This document shows positions 26,565-38,253 of a stretch of DNA of 64,000 nucleotides, one piece after another; the first letter of the stretch is position 1; every line of letters begins with the position of its first letter. The notes beneath the pieces are model-generated. The model worked only from the letters and a program-made list of their open reading frames with translations. It was not told where the DNA came from and ran no database searches. The stretch lies in contig MU053881.1 of NCBI GenBank assembly GCA_013239625.1, positions 8,889,957 through 8,953,956 on the forward strand. Reading direction: 5' to 3'. The translations under genes and the position numbers were made by a program. The stretch is from Lama guanicoe. Lineage: Eukaryota.

Positions 26565-26695
26565 TTCCACTTATTCAACATACATTCTTTGCACAGCTGC
26601 CACATGTCAGGTACCATTCTATAGGCAGGGACTATGAAACGAAAAACCAAAATCTTTGCCTTCTTAGTGCTTTTGGTAGCGAGAGAGGAAAACCA
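26565..26695 (-). mobile_element. L2 3' end
   Basis: 'ttattcaacatacatt...atgtcaggtaccattctataggcaggga...aaaatctttgccttc'. Confidence 0.7.
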
Positions 26696-29600
26696 ACAAA
26701 GAAGTAATAGCAAAAATAATAACAAATAAAACCCCAGCTCTCTCTATATATAATTTACAGGCAAATGCCCGTCCACAAGTACGTACACATTGATGTCTGT
26801 GTACACAGGCTGCAGGCAAAAAGAGTGAAAAGTAAGCAGACTAGGGAGGGGCAGGGTGGGGTTCAAGGGAAGACCTGAAAGAGAGGTGGAAGGAACACAA
26901 CACTTCTATTTCCTTTGCTTCCTCCCCACCCGCCTCCTAAACAAGAAAGCTTCGTTTTTTGGGGTTTTTTTTCCCCTAGTCGTCAAATATTCTTTATTGG
27001 AAGGCCATGCATTGGCTTCATTTATTATATTTCAAATCACTGTACATTTACTTCTGTGAAAACACTGCCTTGCTTCAGCAGATAGCATAAAATGAAAGAC
27101 ATAACCAGACCAAAAACCACTCGAAATGTTTGAAAATGATGCTAATTGTTGCCTAGAGAACTCTTTTCATACAGATTGGCAAATCATTATTTTACTGGCA
27201 ATTATATCCAAGGAATATCTCCCAGGAAGAAAGAGGTTATAAAAAAAGGCTTTTAGATGTTCTGGAACAGAACCGAACTGACAAGGTAGATATCTATCTT
27301 TTATCCGACTTAAGGAAATCTAATAAAATCTAAGCTGAGAGGGCTGAGCTGTGACCTTTGTCCATTCCATACATGCCTCAGAGTTAACATTTCTCAACAT
27401 TTACAGGGATGGTCCAGAAAAATAAGCCATTTTCCCCCTGCAAACTCATATTCATATGTGGTACAGAGTAGTAAATTAATTTTGTTTCTGTTCCCTGATT
27501 TCTCCTTTAGCTTGACCTGATTTTCTTGCAAGCCTCAGGCACAGTTAATTTGTAGGGAGGGGTGTGTATATATATATCAGAGAATATATATTTGTGTGTG
27601 TGCACAAGTAGACGGGGATCTTTGCTGAAATATTAATATAGTGCCTTTTTATTATTATTTATAGGAGAACTATATCTTCAGGGCTTTTAAAATAAAAAGA
27701 AATGGAAGACAGGTGACGCGAAATTATTTTTTAGTGCTCATACCCTTCGGTTGATATATAAATAATACAAATGAAATGGCAAACAGCACTAAGGGTACAA
27801 TTATTGAATAAGCAGAAATGCAGATTCACAACAGCGCAAAGTTCCCAGTTATCATCACGATAGGGAAGTGGCTATTTACGTAAACCTTTGTAAGTTTTTA
27901 AAATCTCATTTGAATTCTGCCGTAGTTGAATTATTAGATCACAGAACTGGAAGATGAATTTCGATCCATGAAGCTGAAAATCTAAAGCTTAGACAGCAAT
28001 CGTCCACAAATACACAACTTCTTGTCTGCACAGTGTAAGTAAAAAGCAAGCTGTGGTGGTCTATGGAATGAAACAGTTGCTTAATTGATACTGAGAGACC
28101 CACCATTCTAGATAGGCATGCAGTATTAATGGTGGGGATACTGCTTAATCCTTTCCCGGAAAATACGCCAAGTCCTGTAAAGAAAGGCAAACATTTTCTC
28201 TGAAACAATGACAAAGGAAACGTCACACAAATCACATTGGAATCACCTACTTAAAGCATGTTATGGGTGAAATTTCCTCTTCTCCAAAGGAGCCTCAATT
28301 ATAATGAATGTCTCACCGCTGTAATCTCCCATAGGGTTATGGAATCTTATTTATTTAAATTGGCTGGTCGTCCCTTGAGAGTTCTACCAAGGGAGTGACG
28401 CGAAAAGTCATTACTCTCATTTTATTTTTAAATTCCACCGAGCAGTCTCAAACAGAGCATGATCACTTTCTCCAGCACTCCCACTGTGGAGAATCATTTG
28501 CACCGGGATGTGCACCAGTAAATCATCATGCCCACTGCTCACACAGGGCTTTCCATCTCCGGACGTTCCTCTATCACTTGGTGGGTCACACACCCGGCTC
28601 AGAACGACACCTCCCATCAAAGCTTGACTTAACGCCGGGGCACGTGTGCTGCCTTTTGTCTAATTCTGCCAATTCTTAAATTCTCTGAGGAGTACACGTA
28701 ACTTCAAATTCCATGTTAAAGAGATCGATAAAAGAGCTGATCGTGCACATTTGCTCTCTAGAAGACTCATACTCAGCTTATCCAGTAGAGACGTGAATGC
28801 CCAGAACAAAGCAAAATAAAAACAAAAACAAAAACACACCAGTTACCGTTAAGCCCAGATGTAATGAGATCAACGCATGGACTAAAAACTGGGGGCTGCC
28901 AAATGTTAAAACCACTAAATTCTCATCTCGTTAAATCATCTGATGGCTGTTTCTTCTTTAGTTAAATAGGAATAAATAATAAAAAACAATTTACAACGAA
29001 AAGATGCCAGCGTTTTGCAGCTGCTGAATGTCTTTTGGGGAGATTAGGTTCTATAATGAGGAGATATAACCATCATTTTATAAAAGCTGTTGCTGTCTTG
29101 GGAAAAACACCACTGAATACGATTAGAAAAAGCCTTTCCTCCATGAACCTATTACAGTCATGCACTGATTGCTTGGCATATGCTTAATGATATCTTCATA
29201 GCTGAAAAACAATAATTTGTTACTGTAAATCTTGACGTAATATATTAGGTTCAACTGTGCTTTTACTAGCTCTACCTTTGACGTGAGTGGTTTAAACTTG
29301 CAAAACCCTGCAGAAGTTGAAAAGCGAATCGACTACCTACACTTTTAACATACGTATAAATATTTCCCAGTAGCTTAATTAGAAGTCTTTCTCAAATAAT
29401 TTAAATATCATTTCAAGCATCCCTGGCTGCTGGTTCTCCATTAAAAATATCAAGGGTACGGTAATGGGAGATGAGATTTACGGAGCGGGGAGAATTCTGT
29501 GTGTGGTATAGACAATCAGTACTTGCTAGTAAACAGCCAATGTTACTATCCTCTTTATTTAAAAAAAAAAAAGAAATCATAGGATCAATTAAGACAGTAC

Positions 29601-31149
29601 CAACTGACGTAACTCTAAGAAAGATATTTCTAAAAGAGACAATTACACTGTGGCTTCAGTGTCTTTCACGGGAGAAAGGAAGGGAGGAGGACAGAACACA
29701 ACACTGCTGTTTCCTCTCCTTCCTTCTCGCCTCCCTCCCAAATGAGTGGGCTGCAGGGATCCTCAGCTGTCCCAGCAGAAAGACCCAAGCAAGTATTGAC
29801 CCTAAAACTCCTTTTTTCTGGTACTGCTTCCTACAAAGACAGACATGTCCTCAATCAAAGCTGAAGCCCCAGTAACATTTTTTATTCCTTACAGTCAAAA
29901 GTCTACCCTTGAGCTCTGGTATTGCTACATCCAAGGCCAAAATCAGAAGCCTTGCAGGGAAACTTTACATCCTAAAACAAGAAGAGGAATGACAGCTAAA
30001 AGGGAAAGAGGTAAGAGGTTTTCTGACCTTCCCAAATATTTCGGTAGTGTTTTTGACAGTATGAAACCCTTGCTTAACATCTTTGGTAACTAGGAAAAAT
30101 CTGGATACAGATACATATATTTCTTTATAATTTAAAAAAATTTAAAAAAATACAAGCATTAAATGTCTTCTTGTCTAAGACAAAGGACTTCACACCAGGA
30201 CTCAGAACTCGTGAGTCACTGGATAAACCAAGATAAAACTGGCTCTCTCTTCCAGTTTATCCACCCACCAGCCAGCACACAATCACGCTGATCAACAACC
30301 GCCCAGTTAACCTCCCACTTACTCCAAGCAACATAATATCCAAGTTGGGAAGTGGAAATCTCCACGGAGGCTGGCACATTTCTTCCGGAGCAGGCTCTAA
30401 GGCTTTGCTCTTTGCTGCTGGGTTCCGTGGAGAAACGCACCTCCTGGGATTTGGGGAACAATCAGTGATTCATGCACTGTGAGAGTGATAGTACTAGGTG
30501 GGAAAGATCACACCTCCGTGAATGAAGATGAGAAAATGCAGGGCTGCAATTATTTAGCATTTTTAATGCCAGACCTCATCATCTACGGCACACAAGCCCG
30601 AATCCAGCGCTCCAGAGCTGCTATGAAGTCCTTGCAAGCTAATGGGGAGGGGTGGGTGGTAGAGACGCATAAAGCCAGCCCTCGGTGGCCAGTCGAGGGT
30701 CCAGTTTACCCGCTTCCTCTTTACAGCCCAGGTGCTTCGGAAAGGAATTTCTCTTAAATTATCACGCAAATCTTCCCTCTGCCGCCCCTCTCTCTTGCAA
30801 TGGTCCCTGGGAAGTTATTTCCCAGGCTTTTCCTAGACTGTATTTATGGCTCTGCTTACTGTCAGATGATGAGGCTACATCATCTCTGGCTGAAACGTGG
30901 GAGGAGGAAAGAACGGTCTTGTTTTAAATTTTGAGCTCAGGGGAAGGGCTGCATCTTCTCTGTCCATCATACGACCCAGCCCAGCACAGAGGCTGGGGCT
31001 GCCACTGAAGTCCTCGGGGAGTCCCCGTCCACAGTGAAGCCCTCCCCTCCACAGCCTCACACAGCTGATGAGAATGAAGTTTGCAGAGCCGTGCGCTCTC
31101 CCCCTCCAGCAGGCCTTGGGGCCACACACCCCAGCTCAGTTCCAGGGTA

Positions 31150-31594
31150 CGTGGCCAGCACAGCGACGGCCCCAGCACCACCCACAGCCTCAGCCCTGGA
31201 ACCTGCGCGGATGTTACCCTGCACAGGAAAAGGGAATTTGCAGAGGTGATTAAGTTCAGGATCCTGAGTTGGGATGATAAGAGGGAGGTCACGGGGAGGC
31301 AGGAAGGTCAGAGTTCAAGGAAGGAATGCGACCACAGAAGCAAAGAGTGATGGGAGGAAGGGGCCAGGAGCTGAGGGGTGCAGGCAGCCTTGAGAAGTGG
31401 AAAAGGCAAGGCAACAGATTCTTCCTGGGAGCCTCCAGAAGGAATACTCTCTGCTGACACCCCGCCTGCAGTCCACTGAGACTGCTGGAGACTTCTCACC
31501 CCCAGCACTGTAAGCTAACGGCTCTGTGTTATCTTAAGCCATTCAGATTGCTCACTGCGGGAATTTGTTAGATTCATAATAGGAAACGAACACA
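31150..31594 (+). mobile_element. MLT1D-like MaLR solo LTR, near full length
   Basis: 'ccctggaacctg...atgttacc...tttgcagaggtgattaagtt...gaaaaggcaaggcaacagattct...gagcctccagaagga...aataggaaacgaacaca'; partial 5-bp flanks gggta/atgta. Confidence 0.9.
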
Positions 31595-33041
31595 ATGTAA
31601 AACATGGCTTTAAAGAAGGCCCGTTCTACACGGTCTGTCTTGTCCAATGCCAGGGCCACCCACAGCAAGGTGCTGGGAACGGGGAGGAAGTGGGAAGGAT
31701 GTCCAGCCTGCTCCCAAGCCCCTCAGCCAAGGAGCCACGCTCTCCGAGAGCAATCAAGTCAGCAACAGGCAGAAATAATGCCGACACTGTCAGTTCTGGC
31801 AAAAAGTCACCAGTTTGTGAATCAGCTGATATCTTAACAACTATTCGAGAAAGAAAAAGTGCGCAGAGCCCTGGAGTTTTAGCAGTGGCTGTGCAGGAAA
31901 TCTTTCAGAGCTGGGGACCGCTGTCCGCACAGGAGACAGTGGCAGCCCCTGGCCTCAGAAACGTGTATTTTTTGACCAAAACAGTCGTTTTTTCTTTTTT
32001 TTAAATTGAATTTTAATGCTTTTGACTAAAATTTGCACTCTGTACTTTACAACAGGCCTCACCATCCTCTCTGACTTACCCCTGGCTATTTCATTCTTTC
32101 ATACAGCCTAGATGATCCTGAGGGCAGCTTGAGGTTTCCATCCAAGGGTAAGATCCACGGTCACCCTATTACCATGCATTTACTATTTAACGCTTTCAAG
32201 TAACTCTCATGACCCATCGAGCGACTGTCTGCTCTGACCCACCTGCCTACCCCTCCACCTGCTCCTAGCGAAACGCCAGAGCTTGGCTGCTAAGCATGCT
32301 TAGTACGTTCACTGAAAACTTGAATAAGGACACAGAGGGCAGAAAAGAAGCCAAGAAATAGCAGAGACAAGAAAAAAAGTCTAGCTGAACAGGACGGATT
32401 TTCTAATGAACTGACTGGTGTACAAATGAAATGAGCTTTCTTGTGTGGGAGTGAGTTCACCACAGGTGGGAGCATTCAAGCAGATGTTCAATGGCCCCTG
32501 GTAGTGATGTTAGAGAGGACACCCACACTTGGATAAGAACGGAGGAAGATGACTTCCGAAGTTCAGCCCCAAAGCAAGATTCTCTGACCCTGTGTCCTGA
32601 CCATCCTCAGGATAACACACCGTTTTGGAATATTGATCCTATTGGAGGAGAAGGGGAGAAATCAAGTTCATTTACATGGAGCAAAAGATGCCACTTAGGG
32701 ACCATCCAAAGAGGCTTCCTCTTCCAATACATCGGTCCCTGGTGAAACTCAGCCTTGGGAATGTGGTTCATAAGCAGGTCCCGGGCTATTAATCTGTTAA
32801 TAAAAGAAACTCAAAATACCCTATAGCATTGAAGCCTTCAGTGTTATTTGTAGCATTTTCCTCTGTGGCTTCATGTGTTCTCAACCTTTCAGGAGACTCT
32901 TGGCACCACGTAAACACCTGAGCATTCTCAACAAGACTCTCCAGCACGTCCAGGCTACCATGGGGGGCGAAAATTTTCCAGATCTCAGCGCTGCTGACAG
33001 GCCAGAGTATTTCTTTCCCTTTCGTTTCTGACTCACGATAA

Positions 33042-33331
33042 TTTTTTTTTAATATGAACCATAAACAGCAAAGTCTATGGCTTATATTTTATTTATCTTT
33101 TAATTGAAGTATAGTTGATTTACAATGTTGTTTCAGGTGTACAGCAAAGCAATTCAGTTATACACATATATATTCTTTTTCAGATTCTTTTCCATGTTAG
33201 GTTACCACAAGATGTTGAATATAGTTCCCTGTGCTGGACAGTAGGTGCTTGTTGCTTACCTATTGTATATATAGTAGTTATGTATAATTAGTACATGTTA
33301 ATCCCAAACTCTTAACTTACTCCTCCTCTGC
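33042..33331 (-). mobile_element. 5'-truncated Cetartiodactyla-type L1 3' end with a probable 3' transduction
   Basis: 'aattgaagtatagttgatttacaatgttgtttcaggtgtacagcaaag...aatatagttccctgtgct...ttaatcccaaactc'; TSD-like cacgataattttt (33034-33046) / cacaataatttct (33332-33344). Confidence 0.85.
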
Positions 33332-33857
33332 CACAATAATTTCTAAAATCAAACGATTCACCAGTTAGGCCCTGTGGATGGATGCATGTCGATGGGGAAA
33401 AAGGTTGAGCACAAGGATGCTAGATCCAATGCTTTTTAAGTCGCTGTGCTTTTGTGAGTGTCTGCTAATATTTCATGTGCATTCAGCCAGTCCTCACCGA
33501 AGGTTGACCACGTGGCGAGGGGAACAAGATGGGGAACCAGACACGGGCTGTGCCCTCGATGAACTCACACCCTGCCTGTCTCTGGGCGTAATACTGAATG
33601 CTTTCAGTGGGGGTACATACTCTCCAGTTCAATGCAGGCCCTACCACTTCCTTACCTTATATCGTACGTCAGCCCGCTTCAAACCCCAAAGTGACCTGCC
33701 TAAAACCAGAATACCTTAATGTCAAAGGGGTCTGCACAAAGTAATATGAGAACGGTGAGCATCTCTGAGTCTGGCTCTTTCTCTTAGACAGTGGGAAGGT
33801 GGTGGCTTGTTCTGAGCTGTGACATTAGTGAGGGTGATTAAGAACAGATCTTTGATT

Positions 33858-34098
33858 GCAGGAATTCTGAATGTACTGTCACTGGTCTGGCGAACTGAGT
33901 GGAATCAAAACCTTTTCTCTAAAGATACGTGTGCCCACAAAGCCTGGAAACATAGATTAATATGTGAGACAGCATCTAAGACATCTTTGGTATGAAAAAA
34001 AAAATCTTTATTTCCAGGATGTTGTGGACACCCTGAGATGTGCTAAATAATAAAAATGACCTTAATAAATTACTTAGCTGAAAAGCAAGAGGGAAAGA
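33858..34098 (+). pseudogene. Candidate retrotransposed non-TE fragment (mRNA 3' end or orphan transduction)
   Basis: Flanked by identical 18-mers aagaacagatctttgatt (33840-33857, 34099-34116); AATAAA at 34049 and 34064; A-rich tail 34081-34098. Confidence 0.6.
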
Positions 34099-34546
34099 AA
34101 GAACAGATCTTTGATTAATTCAATAAAATAATACCCAATTATTCCAAACATTGACATACATTTGATTATTATATTTAACTTCTTATCTTCTATTTTGAAG
34201 TTGAAGTCACTTTTCACACAGCCCTTTTAAATAAAAATAAGTATCATTCCAGCCTAATCAAGAATGGACTGTCTGAAAAATTCAGAGAGAGAGAGAGGCA
34301 ATTAATGAGGGGGTGGATTTCTACTTGAAAAAAAAATGAAAAGAAACGTCTGCAACAAGGGTTTAATTTACATTACATCCTTAAAGTGAAAAAAAAAATT
34401 TTTTTTTACCTAATTTGCAAAAAATGGCAAGCAAGACCGAAAGACGACTTCTGGATGGATCTCTCTGGCAGTCTGCCCACTACTTGGTACAAATTATAGT
34501 TCATTTTACAGAAAGAGCTGTAAGGAGGGGGCTGAGAAATGACAGA

Positions 34547-34563
34547 CATGCTGACTCAGCATG
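34547..34563. promoter_or_regulatory. Perfect T-MARE (Maf recognition element) TGCTGACTCAGCA in an extended palindrome
   Basis: catgctga-c-tcagcatg; the 13-bp consensus T-MARE is at 34549-34561; function untested. Confidence 0.55.
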
Positions 34564-35756
34564 GTGGAAGGAAGGGACAGAAAGTAGGGAAAGGGCCAAA
34601 AAAAATTAGGCTGGGAGATGACTGAAAGAGAAAGAAACACGGAAGTAGTACAGATAAAAAAAAGTCCATGAAGAATATTTTTGGCCACTCCCAAATCTCT
34701 CAAATAAAACACATATCTGAAGACTGCAAATTCCAGCCTGAGGTGAGAGAAAGCCAATTAGACCCATTATGCCAGAAGAGGACCATGGAATGTGGATGGA
34801 AGCGGTGCTCTGCACAGGAGTTTGTTTGAAACCCATGGTCAAGTAGAAAATGTCTGCCAAGTGATTCCTATATTTTGGTGGGAGATGCCAGTTTGAAGCA
34901 GGTGCATGACTTCCCTCTTTTTCTCCCCCAGTTTGAAAGCCATTTGCAAATGCATCCTGGTGATTCAGACCCAAAAATTAACCAAACCCAGCAGCAGCAC
35001 GGGGCTGCCTAGGAATCTGAACTTTGTTTATACAATTAGGAGACAGTCACGTGCACGTTCCGTAAATGACAAGGTTCCCGCAGCAAATTAACAAGAACAA
35101 TTTTCCCATCTCAGGAGCTGTCAAGATGGGCCCTGTTGGCCAATTTATCTTACTCTAGCACATCTCTGGTGCTTGTCAATCAGTACGGGAAACATTTGGT
35201 GCCAATTGCCATTTTTCTCTCCACTTCCTCTCGCCTCTTGCACCAGGCAATTTACTGCAAGTCAATCAAGGTCGAAGCCGACCTTGTTTAAATAAAACAC
35301 TGTTGAGCTCTTTTCACACCAACAATTTCGAAGACAGAATGAGCTGTATCTTTTACATTTACATTTATACTACTTTTTTTTTTTTTTCACTGACTGGTTC
35401 TCCTAAACTGCCACCCTGGAGTTACAAGTTAGCACTAAAGCCACCTAGCGACTGACCAAACGGAGTTGAGAGAAGGCGGAGGAAATGTGTATTTCAAATA
35501 CATTTCTTTGCGCCTAAAGATTCATCCAGCCGACAAAGAAGCCTGTCCACGCAAGAGCAATCCTGATTTTCTTGCTACCTGAGTCAGCCCTAATTTGAGG
35601 CGGGGCCACACAGCACACCGCATCCCAGATCATCAGAACCTGATAACCCCAAGTCAGCAACTTTTACGTGTTTGCCACAGAGATCAGGTCTTACAGTTGA
35701 GAGTTTTGGGGCATTTTGGTGGTAGTTCCTATTGTTACTGAGTGAAGCATCTGCTC

Positions 35757-35790
35757 TATTATTACTATTATTAATTATTATTATTATTAT
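35757..35790. repeat. (ATT)n imperfect trinucleotide repeat
   Basis: Direct observation. Confidence 0.85.
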
Positions 35791-37229
35791 ACACGGAAGA
35801 AAAGAAAGCGGAGGGGAGGAAGCAGTTGAGCCTACCGAAGTCCCTGAAACCAATCCACTCACAAGTTTGTTTTCAAAACCTTCTTTCTGCTTGCAAACCA
35901 TCTATAATCTGTCATGTTTCTGAGTAAACTGGATCTGGTTTAGGAAAACATAACTTTGTAGTCCCACCCCTGCAAATGTTAAGAATACGAGGCCTGGATA
36001 AATGTGACCCTTAAAGAAAGTAATACAATTGGACCAATACAGTATTTCCTCATAACCGTGACATGAAGCTCCCCTGCTAAAGCAGTGCTGCGCTCTCAAA
36101 ACGATTAATTAGAAGAAGGTGCTTTTTAAGTGCCTACTGTGTATGTACGTGAGGCGTGGTTCGGGTATTTTCAGAGGCGGGATTTCTCCCATTTGAACCT
36201 GAAACAAACTGTCCTTCCTACGTTCTCAGATCCAGAATGATCCTTACTGTTTTACGCCAGATGCAGTTTTGTTGGGCTCCCACATCCCTGGAGGTGGCCC
36301 ATATGGTCTTACTTGGTCCCCTCGTTTGTCAGAAGTCACCACCGATGTATTCCCTCCACGGGAGTTATTCATTGTTGATTACACAGCAGACACCACTGAG
36401 GACACGGCAGTGGGAAACACCGAGGGAGTCTCTGTTTCGTAAAGCCCAGCGTTGGGTCAGGGTGTCAGACACCCGTGAACCCATCCTCCCAGTAAAGGCA
36501 CCGGCGCACACTGAGATCAGCGCTGAGCAGGAGGCACTTAATGGTGGCCTCAAACAGGCTGCGCGAATTCGGAATCCTCCAGGAGCAGGTAAACCTGCTG
36601 AATTCTGATGGGAACTTACTGCCCTTGCCCCGTGGTCCATGAGCCCCAACCAATCAGCAGCCGACGAGAGAAATACAGACGGTTGAGAGCACACACTCAG
36701 AAACCTTCATAGCAGCTTGACGTTGCCATGATGGTGCCCTCGATCCGTAGGAACAGGTCACAGACCAGTCTGGGGTGAGGCCAGTCTTCACCTCGTAAGT
36801 CCCAGGGGTGCAAACTGCACACGATCAAGTGCAGAAGGACCGTATTTAAAAGGTCCCCGAAGAACCGGAGGAATCGGAGCACAAAAGGGCTCCTTCACAC
36901 AGCCAGTTTGAGGAGTTCCGCTCTTCGGATGTGAAAAGTGGCATTCCCCTGTCTAACGTCACTACACCAAACACTGGGCTTCATTTAGGCTACAGCTGAC
37001 AGCAGTGTCCTGCCCTTCCCGGTCGGAGAGGTCGGCAGGATGTCTGGGCTGCTGGGAGAGCTGCGCGAGGTAGGGCCATCAATCGGGGGAAATTCCAGGA
37101 CGGAAAAAGTTGAGTTTGGTCAAAAAGAATCAGGCTCCTTTTGCCTAATCAACGCGTACAATAAAAGTTAACTGCTGAGGAGGACTCCCGGGCGCTGTGT
37201 TTATGGTCTGCCTCTTGCTCTGGAGCCAG

Positions 37230-37865
37230 TAACAGTGTGTTCCAGCTGCGGAAAACTCACTGGACTGTACCTTTACAATATGTATGCGTGTGCGTAAAGC
37301 TTCGATAAAAAGTTAAAGCTGTCACAATCAAAAAAAAAAAAGGACAAAGAAAGGCAAAGGAAATGTTTCAGATTAAAGGAGACCGAAAAGACACGAAAAA
37401 CAAAACGCAGCTTGTGATTCTGGAATGAACACTGGACAGGGAAACCGAAGCTATGGAGGGCGTTACTGGGGCACCTGATGATATTTGAATGTGGGCTGAG
37501 GACTAGATTATCTTCTATCCGGCTAAGTTTGTTTTTGTTTTTGTTTTCTTGATAATTGGTACCGTGGTACTGTAAGACAATGCCTCTGTTCTTGGAAAAT
37601 ACACACTGACGTATTCAGGGTAAAGGGGCTGAGTGTGGGAGCATCTTACTCAATTAGTTCAGAAAAAAATGACATGCGGGAGTGAGCCAGGGTGGGGCGG
37701 GGGTGAGGGGAAAGAGGGAGGGAGAGGAAGAGGAAGAAGGGGGCAGAGAATGATAAAGCAATCGACAAAAGGGGCCAATAACTAGTGAATTCAGTAGAGG
37801 GTGTAGGAGTGGTTCTACTGACTTTTTCTCTAATTTTGAAATTGCATCAAAAGTTACAAAAATGA
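37230..37865 (+). mobile_element. L1MC4-like 3' UTR fragment
   Basis: 'cagattaaaggagac...atttgaatgtgggctg...ggaaaatacacactgacgtattcaggggtaaagggg...gagaatgataaagcaa...ttttgaaatt'. Confidence 0.8.
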
Positions 37866-37903
37866 GGATGACAATGGTTAAATAAAAGTTAGCCGTTCTT
37901 TAA

Positions 37904-38010
37904 AAAAATATGAAAAAGAATACATGTATGTATATGCATGACTGGGACATTGTGCCATATACCAGAAATTGACACATTGTAACTGACTGTACTTCAATTA
38001 AAAAAAAAAA
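37904..38010 (+). mobile_element. Young camelid-type L1 3' end (~100 bp) with polyA and TSD
   Basis: 'tatgaaaaagaatacatgtatgtatatgcatgactgggacattgtgcc...cttcaattaaaaaaaaaaa'; TSD aaaagttagccgttctttaa (37884-37903) / aaaagtttatcgttctttaa (38008-38027), 17/20. Confidence 0.9.
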
Positions 38011-38205
38011 AGTTTATCGTTCTTTAACTGAATGACCAGCTTGACTAGGTGGCCCACGGTTGCTCCAACAAACTGGGTGTTTTGTACAAAGAATGATGCT
38101 GCAGGGTTCCTCTCAGCATTCAGAGTCACTGGCACAATTACCCCTCAAATGGAGGTTAGGAAAGCCTGACAGTTCCCCGGGGCGGACGTGTTCAAACCAG
38201 TCTGA

Positions 38206-38253
38206 CACGTGTGTGTGCGTGCATGTGTGTGCATGCGTGCGTGTGTGTGTGCG
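38206..38253. repeat. Alternating purine-pyrimidine (TG/CG/CA) repeat, Z-DNA prone
   Basis: 'acacgtgtgtgtgcgtgcatgtgtgtgcatgcgtgcgtgtgtgtgtgcg'. Confidence 0.85.

Noticed and set aside
31915..31935. REST/RE1 half-site cgctgtccg
   Set aside because: The other half (TTCAGCACC-type) is absent.
32950..32972. CTCF-like motif ggctaccatggggggcg
   Set aside because: Mismatches at key core positions.
36156..36608. 150-aa plus-strand ORF in a CpG-moderate region
   Set aside because: Non-ATG start, no recognisable family, no convincing splice sites.
37688..37745. G-quadruplex-like purine tract
   Set aside because: Lies in the variable low-complexity segment of an L1MC4 3' UTR; no evidence of independent function.
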